Below are positions 56,084-64,000 of a stretch of DNA of 64,000 bases, one piece after another (position 1 is the first letter of the stretch; each line of letters opens with the position of its first letter). The notes beneath the pieces were generated by a model. That model worked only from the letters and a program-made list of their open reading frames with translations, had not been told where the DNA came from and made no database searches. The position numbers and the translations under genes are program-made. Origin of the DNA: an uncultured Thermoleophilia bacterium (GTDB lineage: Bacteria; Actinomycetota; Thermoleophilia; UBA2241); assembly GCA_963717965.1 (NCBI GenBank), contig CAVQXS010000003.1:326896-390895 (forward strand), read 5' to 3'.

Positions 56084-56433
56084 ACAGCGCCAGCCCGGCT
56101 ACGGCGCCGGCGAGGTCGACGACGAAGTCGAGGACCTGCGCGTCGCGGTAGGGCAGTGGGCTCTGCACGATCTCGATCGCCCCCCCGAGTGCCGCGGCAA
56201 GCGCGAGTCGCCAGGAGTAGCACCCGGGCGCGGATCTCCCACCCGCCGAGCGCCACGCCCAGGAGGAACCCCAGGAGCATGTAGGCGGCGAAGTGCCCCG
56301 CTGTGGTGACGAGGTCGTCCCATCCCCACGAGACGGCGCGTACCGCGCCCTGCGTCGGCAGCAGCCCACTCACCAGGATGACGGCGGCCCATGCGGCGGT
56401 GGCGATGCGCCAGCGCCGCGAGGACGGCGTCAC
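56037..56433 (-). CDS. VanZ-like membrane protein; one frame disruption near 56225
   Basis: ORF 56002..56433 (AAWAAVILVSGLLP...AGHFAAYMLLGFLLG) joins ORF 56037..56369 (GGAIEIVQSPLPYRDAQVLDFVVDLAGAVAG). This is the VanZ pattern H-x-x-x-Y...E..Q...R.....D...N/D..G. Confidence 0.55.
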
Positions 56434-57143
56434 CCGACGCTCCGCGGCGCCTCGAGTGGCCGGAACGTCTCCTCACCCCACTCCACCAGCACGGCGACCG
56501 CGCCGTCGTGCAGCACGATACGGGCGGCGCCGGGTCCCGCCACGTGGTTGCCGAGCCCCAGACAGGCGTCGGCGAGAAGGACGCCGCGATGGAGGGGGTA
56601 CTCGAGCCCCGAGAGCGTCACTGTGGCGTCGGCCCCCAATGGGACCAGCGAGACGCGCGTGCCGGCCGGAGCGTCGAGGGCGACGGCGGCGGCAGAGGTG
56701 AGCACTGTCGCCGCGAGGCGCGGCGCCACGAGGCGCGCGGCGACGCCGCCCTCCGCCAGGCGCCGGAGGATCGCGAGATGCCCCAGCGTGTGATCGAGTG
56801 CGCCGGTCCCGCCGGCGAGCACCAGCTCGCCCGCCCCCCGGCGCAGCGCCTCGTCGACGGCCAGCTCCCCGTCGGTCACGTCCTTGCGCACGGGGTGGCG
56901 GAGGAGCTCGACTCCTTCCGCGAGCAGCCGCTCAGCGTCCGCCTCACCGAGCGAGTCGAAGTCGCCGATGACCACGTCCGGCCTGACCCCGGCGCCGATG
57001 AGGAAGCGGGCGCCGCCGTCGGCGGCCAGCACGATGCCGGCCCGTTCGGCGAGGGCGCGGTACCACGCCGGGTCGCCGTAGTCGCCGTCGAGGAAGACGA
57101 CGGCGAGCGGGCGACCCTCTCCATCCGCGCCATGGGGGCTCAC
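56430..57143 (-). CDS. Thiamine pyrophosphokinase
   Basis: GTG at 57143 overlaps the thiT stop (GTGA). AADGGA, VIGDFDS, KDVTDGELA, GGTGALDHTLGHL, and a C-terminal thiamine-binding beta domain. Confidence 0.8.
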   Translation of the reverse strand: MSPHGADGEGRPLAVVFLDGDYGDPAWYRALAERAGIVLAADGGARFLIGAGVRPDVVIGDFDSLGEADAERLLAEGVELLRHPVRKDVTDGELAVDEALRRGAGELVLAGGTGALDHTLGHLAILRRLAEGGVAARLVAPRLAATVLTSAAAVALDAPAGTRVSLVPLGADATVTLSGLEYPLHRGVLLADACLGLGNHVAGPGAARIVLHDGAVAVLVEWGEETFRPLEAPRSVG

Positions 57144-57781
57144 GACGTCATCCGTCGCGCGTCGGGGAACGCGGCGTCGTAGGCCCGCAGCAACGGCCAC
57201 AGGACGATCGACGTGACCACCGCCGACGGCAGCAGATAGAGCAGGTTGTACGTGATGGAGTACAGCCAGGGGGCCTCCCACGCGGGTGCGTACTCGGCGA
57301 AGAAGATGAGCCCGGAGAGGAAGTGGCAGACGAAGCGGGCGCCCGTGCCGAGCGTCACGGCGCCGGCCAGACGGGCGACCCCGGCCGCCCCCTGAAGCTC
57401 GCCGACGGGCACGAGCCCGGCGAGCCCCAGGGCGGCGAAGGCGAGCGGGTAGTCCAGGACCGCCTGCAGCGGGTGGTAGATGTAGGGCGTGCCCGCCACG
57501 CCCGTCAACTGCAGCAGGCCGAAGAGGCCGCCGGCGACCACGCCGGGCACGACGCCGCGCCGCAGGGCGATGAACAGGATCGGCAGCATCTCCAGACCGA
57601 ATGAGCCTCCCTGCGGCAGGCGCAGGGGGAACGCCTGGGCGATCCAGCTGAGCGCGGCGGCGAGGGCTACGGCGACACCGATCTCGGCGATGGCGCGCAC
57701 GCCCCAGTGAGCGGGGTTGAGGTTGAGGCGCCCGCGCACGTCCGGCGCGCCGCCTGGGGATCGGACGATGGGTGTGCTCAC
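57140..57781 (-). CDS. thiT: ThiT-like thiamine ECF-transporter S component
   Basis: 213 aa, 6 TM. QGGSFGLEMLPILFIALRRG pattern. Directly preceded by a TPP riboswitch and followed by the thiamine pyrophosphokinase gene. Confidence 0.7.
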   Translation of the reverse strand: MSTPIVRSPGGAPDVRGRLNLNPAHWGVRAIAEIGVAVALAAALSWIAQAFPLRLPQGGSFGLEMLPILFIALRRGVVPGVVAGGLFGLLQLTGVAGTPYIYHPLQAVLDYPLAFAALGLAGLVPVGELQGAAGVARLAGAVTLGTGARFVCHFLSGLIFFAEYAPAWEAPWLYSITYNLLYLLPSAVVTSIVLWPLLRAYDAAFPDARRMTS

Positions 57782-57789
57782 GTCGACAT

Positions 57790-57925
57790 CTCTCCCTTCG
57801 CTGGCATTACCCAGCAGCGCCGGAGGGCGCCGCCGCCCCGGAGGGCGGTCAGGTTCGACGCGTCGGCGCCAGGAAGCGCCATCTCAGCTCCTCATACGGG
57901 AGCTCCGCAGGGACCACTCCAGTGT
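57790..57925 (-). ncRNA. TPP (THI-box) riboswitch
   Basis: Minus strand reads ..GGAGCUCCCGUAUGAGGAGCUGAGAUGGCGC..GCGUCGAACCUGA..CUGGGUAAUGCCAGCGAAGGGAG, containing the conserved CUGAGA, GAACCUGA and GGGUAAUGCCAGCG-AGGGA elements. Lies immediately 5' of thiT. Confidence 0.8.
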
Positions 57926-57989
57926 AGCGCAGCGGGCCGCCGGGCACCACGGATCGTTTCATCGGGCCATCTCCCCGTTCACAGGCCCC

Positions 57990-58314
57990 TGTGGAGAGTG
58001 TGGACAACTCGCTTTTGTCATGCTCTCAGGCTCACGATTGCCGTGGAAAAGGCGTTGACGAAGAATCGTTGCCTTGACAGTGGGTCAACACGACCCTCAT
58101 CTCGCGAAATCTCCGTTTTGCAGCGATTCATAGCTGCTCCCAGCCGCGAACACCGGGGTTGACAGCGGACCCGTTCTTGGGTTGCGGCCGTCCCGTCGCC
58201 GGCCACCCCGGAGGGACCCCCTGAAACCGGGGTTTCCACAACAGCCGCAAATTGGGCATCTTCGCGGGGGGCCGACCGGGGACTTTCCACATATCGTGAA
58301 CAGCCTGTGGACAA
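57990..58314. promoter_or_regulatory. DnaA-box cluster upstream of the GHKL/wHTH-dnaA unit
   Basis: TGTGGACAA at 57999-58007 and 58306-58314 (complement of TTGTCCACA). (G/C)TTTCCACA at 58232-58240 and 58283-58291. Weaker TGTGGAGAG at 57990-57998. Locally reduced GC. Confidence 0.55.
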
Positions 58315-58404
58315 CTTCGCTCTTTCGCCTGCAAAACCCCGTTTCGTGAGGCTCCATGGAGGGTTTCGGTAGGGCCGTCACGCTCTGCTATACTCGGCGC
58401 CCCT

Positions 58405-59241
58405 ATGGAGTCGTTCCTCGACAGGCTGCTCGCCGACGAGGGGGCCGCCGCACAACAGCCCGCGGGACGGGCTGCACCCACGGCGGCCCCTCCCCCGCGG
58501 GGAACGGCAGACGGCCCGCTCCCCGACGTCCCCCTCGGCCTCGAGGCGCCGCGCATCGCCATCTACGATACGCTCACCAGCCCGCCGCGAGTGATCGCCA
58601 TCGAGGAGGAGGATCTCCCGGCGCTGATCGCCTCACTCGCTGAGAAGACCTACCACTACTGCCGCGAGCAGGGCGGCCAGGTGCCCTACTCCGTCATCCA
58701 GGAGTTGATCGAGAACCTCCTGCACGCCTGGTTCCGCGACGTCGTCATCACGATCCTGGACAACGGGCAGACGATCCGCATCTCCGACCACGGGCCCGGG
58801 GTCGACGACAAGGACCGGGCCTTCCAGCCAGGGTTCACCACGGCGACCGCCTTCCAGCGGCAGATCATCCGCGGCGTCGGGTCCGGGCTGCCCCTCGCGC
58901 GCGAGTCGCTGCAGTTCCTGCGCGGCATCCTGACCGTGGAGGACAACCTCGGCGGTGGCGCCGTGTTCACCATCAAGATGCCGTCCACCGCCGAGGGACG
59001 ACCGGCGCCGGCCGGCGCCCCGGCGATCAAGCTCACGACGCGCCAGACCAAGGTCCTCGTACTGCTCATGGAGCTCGGCTCCGCCGGTCCGACGGCGATC
59101 GCCAAGGAGCTCGGATCCTCGCCCGCGACGGTGTTCCGGGAGCTCGTTGTACTGCAGGACATGGGGTTGATACACTCGCTCGGCGACGGCAAGCGAGCCT
59201 TGCGCGAGGAGGGTCTCCGCCTCCTCGAGAGCATCCTCTGA
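58405..59241 (+). CDS. Orphan GHKL (histidine-kinase-like) ATPase domain fused to a C-terminal winged-HTH
   Basis: N box ELIENLLHA, G1 DHGPGV, F box FQPGFTT, G2 GVGSGLPLA, GGGAVFTIKMP. Then TTRQTKVLVLLMELGSAGPTAIAKELGSSPATVFRELVVLQDMGLI (MarR/ArsR-like wHTH). No HisKA/H-box. Confidence 0.7.
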   Translation: MESFLDRLLADEGAAAQQPAGRAAPTAAPPPRGTADGPLPDVPLGLEAPRIAIYDTLTSPPRVIAIEEEDLPALIASLAEKTYHYCREQGGQVPYSVIQELIENLLHAWFRDVVITILDNGQTIRISDHGPGVDDKDRAFQPGFTTATAFQRQIIRGVGSGLPLARESLQFLRGILTVEDNLGGGAVFTIKMPSTAEGRPAPAGAPAIKLTTRQTKVLVLLMELGSAGPTAIAKELGSSPATVFRELVVLQDMGLIHSLGDGKRALREEGLRLLESIL

Positions 59242-59400
59242 CCGACGTTCACGACCCACCCCGGCGGGCCGCCGCATCCCCGGGGTCGACCTGACGGGAC
59301 CGCGACGGACGACGAGCTCACACGCATCTGGGAAGAGGCGAAGAAGCACCTTCGCGGGCGCCTGAACGAGTCCGCGTTCCAGTTCTGGTTCGACCGGACC

Positions 59401-60715
59401 GTGCCCTTCGGCCTCGATGACGGCGCGTTCGTCATCGGCGTGCCCAACGACTTCGCCCGCGAATGGATCGACCGGCGCCTCGCCAAGCAGGTGGCCGAGG
59501 CGCTCGAGGAGGTCCTCGGCGACGCCGTCGAGGTGCGGGTCGTCGTGGACGCGCGGGCGGCGGAACAGCCCCAGGCGCCGGCGGCGCCGGACGCCGGGGG
59601 CGGCGAGCCGGCGGAACAGGCGTCTCCGCCGCCGAAGCGTCGCCGCGGCGGCCCGAGCCGCCGCGGGCGTGCGACCGGTGACCTCAACCCCCGCTACATC
59701 TTCGATCGCTTCGTCGTCGGCCCCAACAACGAGTACGCGACCGCGGTCGCCCGCAGCGTCGCCGAGTCACCGGCCACCGCGTACAACCCGGTGTTCATCT
59801 ACGCCGACACCGGACTCGGCAAGACACATCTCACCCAGGCGATCGCGCACGCCACTCTCGAACAGCACCCCGAGCTTGCAGGTGCGCTACGTCACCTGTG
59901 AGCGGTTCACCGATGACTTCATCAACGCCGTCACCGACAAAGGGCGCATCGAGGGCTTCAAGCAGACCTACCGCGACAACGACGTCCTCATCGTCGACGA
60001 CGTGCAGTTCCTCGCCGAGAAGCAGCAGACCCAGGTCGAGTTCTTCCACACGTTCAATGTCCTGTACGAGGCCGGCAAGCAGATCGTGATCACCAGCGAC
60101 CGGCCGCCACGCGAGCTCGAGGCGCTCGAGGAGCGCCTGCGCTCGCGTTTCGGCCAGGGCGTCGTGGTCGACATCGGCCGGCCGGACCTCGAGACGCGCA
60201 TCGCCATCCTGCGCAAGCAGGTCAAGTGGGAGGGGTTCCAGATCGCGGAGCCGGAGGCCCTCGAGTGGATCGCGCAGAAGGTGACGACCAACATCCGCGA
60301 GCTGTACGGCGCGCTCACCCGTGTAGTCGGCTTCGCCTCGATCCAGGACACCGACGTCACCGTCGAGACCACCAAAGAGGCGCTCAAGGACATCCTGCCC
60401 AAGGCCTACCAGCACCCCGTCACCATCGAGATGGTGCAGGCCGAGGTCGCGCGCCAGTTCGGCCTGCACGTCAACGACCTGCGCGGCAACCGCCGCACCC
60501 AGGACGTCTCCTATGCGCGCCACATCGCCATGTACCTGTCGCGCGACCTTACCGAGGCCTCGCTGCCGCAGATCGGTGAGCGCTTCGGCGGTCGTCACCA
60601 CACGACGGTGATCCACGGCGTCGACAAGATCGAGCGGCAACTCAAGGACGGCCACGACCCGCAACTGCAGGACCTGGTCGCTCTCATCAGCGCGCGCCTC
60701 AAGACCGCGCACTGA
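59401..60715 (+). CDS. dnaA: Chromosomal replication initiator DnaA (frame disruption near 59876; domain-I homology begins upstream near 59305 without a canonical start codon)
   Basis: ORF 59401..59901 (..[49 protein letters not shown]) joins ORF 59417..60715 (..[85 protein letters not shown]). Confidence 0.9.
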
Positions 60716-60741
60716 CCCCCGGCGCATCTTCTTCACACCCC

Positions 60742-60980
60742 CCTGTGCACGATACGGGGATGGACCTGTGGACGTTCACCAAAAGAGCACTGAAATCCGC
60801 TATGCTTCGCGGAACACTGGAGCCGCCGGGGGAGGAGCGACACGTTCTGCACACACCGTCCACACCACTGTGCAGAAGCCCTCGCCCTCGCTGTGCAGCG
60901 ACAAGACCAACTCTCCACATCGTCAACAGGGACTGTGATGACGACGAGGAGTATCTACTTCTCTTTTTCTTCATAAGGAG
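60742..60980. promoter_or_regulatory. dnaA-dnaN intergenic DnaA-box cluster plus AT-rich stretch (candidate oriC core)
   Basis: TGTGGACGT at 60767-60775, CGTCCACA at 60857-60864, CTCTCCACA at 60911-60919, CTGTGCACG at 60742-60750. AT-rich TATCTACTTCTCTTTTTCTTCATAA at about 60951-60976. Confidence 0.55.
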
Positions 60981-60985
60981 TCGGG

Positions 60986-62098
60986 ATGAAGTTCACGTGT
61001 GATCGCTCTGCGCTCGTCGACAAGCTCGGAGTCCTCGCGCGCGGCGTTTCTACGCGCAGCGCTCTCCCCGTGCTGTCAGGCATCCTGCTGCAGGCAGGCG
61101 AAGGCCGTCTCGACCTCTTCTCCACCGACATGGAGCTCTCCATGAAGGCGAACTTCGCCACGCCCGTCGAACGGGAGGGCGAGATCGTGGTGCCGGCCCG
61201 GCTCTTCAGCGATGTCGTGCGCAACCTGCCCGACGAAGAAGTCGTGATCGAAGGCGGCGAAGCGGCGATCAAGATCAGCGCCGGCCGCGCCGCCTTCTCG
61301 CTCAACGCCTGGGCCGCCGCCGACTTCCCGCAGACGTCGACCTTCGACATGGCAGACGCCTTCACGGTTGGCCGTGACCCGTTCGTCGAGACGCTCAACA
61401 AGGTCGGCCGCGCCGCCTCTCGCGACGAGACGCGGCCGATCCTCACCGGCGTGCTCATGACCATCATGGGCGACACGCTGAAGATGGTCGCCACCGACAG
61501 CTACCGTCTCGCCGTCAAGGAGACCAAGCTGGACCACTCGCTCGAGACGGAGGTCCAGGCGATCGTGCCGGTCAAGGCTCTGGGCGAGGTCACGCGTCTG
61601 GCCGCCGCCCTCGGACAGGGTGACATCGAGGTCGCCATCGGCGAGAACCAGGCGGTCTTCAAGCTGCGCGATCCCGCCGGCGACGTGTGGATCGCCTCGC
61701 GGCTCATCGAGGGCCAGTTCCCCAATTACAGGCAACTGCTCCCCGACAGCTTCGAGCACGAGGTCACCATCGACCGCGGTCAGCTCATGGCGACGGCGCG
61801 GCGCGTCAGCTTGCTGGCACAGAAGAACGTGCCGCTTCGCCTCTCCTTCGCCGAGAATCGACTCACCATGAAGGCGCTCACCCAGGACGTCGGCCAGGCG
61901 GAGGAGACGCTCGACGTGGAGTTCTCGGGGGAGCCGTTCGAGATCGGCTTCAACCCGGCGTATCTCATCGAGGGCGTGGACGCGGTCGACGACGACGCGG
62001 CGCTGCTGCGCTTCACGAGCCCACTGCGTCCGGGGCTCATCAGTGGCGCCGGCGACGACTTCACGTACCTCATCATGCCGATCCGCCTGAGCAGCTAG
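60986..62098 (+). CDS. dnaN: DNA polymerase III beta sliding clamp
   Basis: 370 aa, ATG behind AAGGAG. Typical MKF.C....L, LPVLSGILL, ATDSYRLA, FPNYRQLLP, three-domain length. TAG stop immediately followed by in-frame TGA. Confidence 0.95.
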   Translation: MKFTCDRSALVDKLGVLARGVSTRSALPVLSGILLQAGEGRLDLFSTDMELSMKANFATPVEREGEIVVPARLFSDVVRNLPDEEVVIEGGEAAIKISAGRAAFSLNAWAAADFPQTSTFDMADAFTVGRDPFVETLNKVGRAASRDETRPILTGVLMTIMGDTLKMVATDSYRLAVKETKLDHSLETEVQAIVPVKALGEVTRLAAALGQGDIEVAIGENQAVFKLRDPAGDVWIASRLIEGQFPNYRQLLPDSFEHEVTIDRGQLMATARRVSLLAQKNVPLRLSFAENRLTMKALTQDVGQAEETLDVEFSGEPFEIGFNPAYLIEGVDAVDDDAALLRFTSPLRPGLISGAGDDFTYLIMPIRLSS

Positions 62099-62182
62099 TG
62101 AGCGGTGCGCCTTCGATGCTCCCCTCGCTGGCGGAGCTGCGCCGGCTCGTCGCTGCCGGCGCGTGACCGGGACCGCTGCGAC

Positions 62183-62398
62183 ATGGACGACGTCGCCGTC
62201 GGCGGCCCACTGCCGCTCGGGGCGTTCCTGAAGCTCGCCGGGGTGGCCGGGACCGGCGGCCACGCCAAGATCATCGTCCAGTCCGGTGACGTCACCGTGA
62301 ACGGCGAGGTCGAGACTCGTCGCGGGCGGACGCTTCAGGTCGGCGACGTCGTCGGCGTGGCCGGCCGGGAGTACCGCGTGTGGTCGTCTCCAGCCTGA
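62183..62398 (+). CDS. S4-domain RNA-binding protein (YaaA-like)
   Basis: LGAFLKLAGVAGTGGHAKIIVQSGDVTVNGEVETRRGRTLQVGDVV. Canonical position between dnaN and recF. Confidence 0.7.
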   Translation: MDDVAVGGPLPLGAFLKLAGVAGTGGHAKIIVQSGDVTVNGEVETRRGRTLQVGDVVGVAGREYRVWSSPA

Positions 62399-63650
62399 GA
62401 CTCGTCAACTTCCGCTCGTACTGCGACACCACGGTCACGTTCGGACCGGGCCTCAACGTCGTCGTCGGCGAGAACGCGACCGGCAAGACCAACCTCCTGG
62501 AGGCCGCGTGGTTCGCTCTGCGCGGGAGCTCGCCTCGCACGCGGCGCGACGAGAAGCTGATCACCTGGGGCGAGCGCTTCGCACGCGTGGAATTGCAACT
62601 GGACACGCCGGACGCCGGCGCGCAGCAGGTCGACGTCGGCTTCGCGCCGAGCCAGGGCAAGCGCATCCGCTGGGACGGCCTCGAGGTAGCGTCGTTCGAC
62701 GAACTGCGCGGGCGCAGCCAGGTCTTCATCTTCGTGCCCGAGAGCCTGCTGCTCGTCAAGGGCAGTCCAGCGCGGCGGCGCGCCCATCTCGACGCCTTCG
62801 CCGCCGCGCTCGATCCGCAGTACGCCGCCGCCGCCCGCGACCTGCAGGCGGTGCTCCGCCAGCGCAACGCACAGCTGGCGGCGGTGAGGAACGGGGCGGA
62901 TCCCGGCCGCGCTCGACCCGTGGGACGCGCAGTTCGCGCGCGTCGCGGCGGCGCTGGGCCGCCGCCGCCGCGACCTCGTCGCGGAGCTGGCGGCCGGATT
63001 CTCCGAGACGGCGGCGGCGCTCGCGCCGGCCGGCGAGAACTTCGCGCTCCGGCTGGCCGCGCAGCTCGAGGGCGTCGGGTACGACGAGGCGGCGCTGCTC
63101 GAGGAACTGCGCTCGCGCCGGCCCGGCGAGGTCGGCCGAGGGCTCTCGCTCTTCGGGCCTCACCGCGACGACCTCAGGTTCCTGGAGGTCGGATCGCCGC
63201 CGCCGGAGGGCGAGGCTGTCCCGGCCACCGCCGCGGTCCCGTCCCGTGCCGACCGCGACAGGGGGACGCGTGTGCGGCCCCGTCGAGTTGCCGCGCGGCG
63301 GCCGCGACCTGCGCCTGTTCGGCTCACAGGGAGAGCAGCGCGCCGCCGTCCTTGCGCTGCTGCTGGCGGAGCAGCGGCTCGCGGCGGCGCGTACCGGGCA
63401 GCAGGGGCCGCTCTTCCTCGACGATGTGATGAGCGAACTCGACGACCCCCGCCGTCGGCTGCTGGTGCGCATCCTCGCCACCGCCGGGCAAGCGATCATC
63501 ACCACGACCGACCGGCACTACTTCACCGACCAGGAGCTCGCTGGCGCCACGGTGGTCGAGCTGCCACTGGACGGTTCCCTCGCCGCCGGCGAGGTTTCTC
63601 CGCCACTCGATGACGTCCCGCCGCCGCCCCCGGGTCTGGACGCGCTGTGA
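62380..63650 (+). CDS. recF: DNA replication/repair protein RecF (two frame disruptions, near 62900 and 63200-63290)
   Basis: LRLVNFRSY, Walker A GENATGKTNLLEA (ORF 62380..63429). The middle part AALDPWDAQFARVAA..LSLFGPHRDDLRF is in the third frame. C-terminus FGSQGEQRAAVLALLLAE..PLFLDDVMSELD (ORF 62508..63650). Confidence 0.85.
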
Positions 63651-64000
63651 CCGGCGGTAGCGACAAGGGCGCCCACGGGGACCCGGGCGGTGCGAGGGGC
63701 AAGAAGGGCCGGAGCGCCGGAGCGCGTGACGAGAAGTCCGGAGGCGCGCCGAGGCGACGCGACGACCTGCCGCGCCGACTGGGAGACGTGCTCACGCCGG
63801 CGCTCGACCGGCTGGCGACCGGCGACGAGGCGCGCGCGTACTCGGCGTGGGCGCGCGCCGTCGGCGACCCGGTGACCGGCGGGACGCGCCCCAAGGCGTT
63901 CAGGCGTGGCCAGCTCACCATCGAGTGCGCCTCGTCGGTGTGGGCCAACGAGCTCACCTACCTCGGCCCGCAGATCCTGAGGCGCATGGACGAGGTCGCG
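63647..64000 (+). CDS. DUF721-domain protein (Rv0004/DciA-like), partial at window edge
   Basis: GTG overlaps the recF stop (GTGA). My translation ..LGDVLTPALDRLATGDEARAYSAWARAVGDPVTGGTRPKAFRRGQLTIECASSVWANELTYLGPQILRRMDE matches the DUF721 pattern. Conserved post-recF position in Actinobacteria. Confidence 0.65.
   Translation, partial: MTGGSDKGAHGDPGGARGKKGRSAGARDEKSGGAPRRRDDLPRRLGDVLTPALDRLATGDEARAYSAWARAVGDPVTGGTRPKAFRRGQLTIECASSVWANELTYLGPQILRRMDEVA

Noticed and set aside
59221-59280. My base-by-base reading of this line disagreed by one position with the ORF track. The track puts the stop of 58405..59241 at 59239-59241 and reads ..[10 protein letters not shown].. in ORF 58633..59349.
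   Set aside because: I treated this as my own transcription slip and used the track coordinates. Conclusions about the dnaA start rely only on track frames and on 59281-59400, which I cross-validated against the minus-strand track translation.

Overview
High-GC (roughly 70%+) Actinobacteria-type chromosomal window. All calls rest on motif recognition from memory plus the ORF track; no database search was run.

Gene content, left to right:
- Housekeeping genes: an IclR regulator, a HutH/PAL-family lyase, pckA, tRNA-Asp, and PimA-like and MgtA-like glycosyltransferases.
- A heavily decayed hybrid histidine kinase and a META lipoprotein, next to tRNA-Val.
- A lower-GC minor-pseudopilin operon plus an IPT/TIG protein, bounded by IS and toxin-antitoxin remnants.
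- A UPF0182 membrane protein and a GAFx4-GGDEF protein.
- A roughly 31 kb methylated-amine / amino-acid catabolic island (22.3-53.6 kb).
- Sortase E, moeA, and a TPP-riboswitch-controlled thiT-thiamine pyrophosphokinase pair.
- The replication origin set: DnaA boxes, an orphan GHKL-ATPase/wHTH gene, dnaA, dnaN, an S4 protein, recF and a DUF721 protein.

The island holds seven MttB-superfamily methyltransferase paralogs, four of them in tandem. It also has one RACo-type corrinoid reductive activase, a KamA-type radical-SAM aminomutase and a BKACE enzyme. Two class-III aminotransferases, an FrhB-like FeS protein, six tandem EamA/DMT transporters plus a seventh, and a polar-amino-acid ABC transporter complete it.

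The strongest signal is one MttB gene (44142-45611) with an in-frame TAG at codon 328 of 489. That is the canonical pyrrolysine position. No pyl genes or corrinoid protein are visible in the window.

Secondary signals are unusual periodic repeat arrays inside the island and a dnaA gene that has no canonical start codon and is in frame with the upstream ORF.

Caveat: at least 20 single-base frame disruptions occur, including in dnaA and recF. The assembly therefore probably carries indel errors, and many gene ends are approximate.
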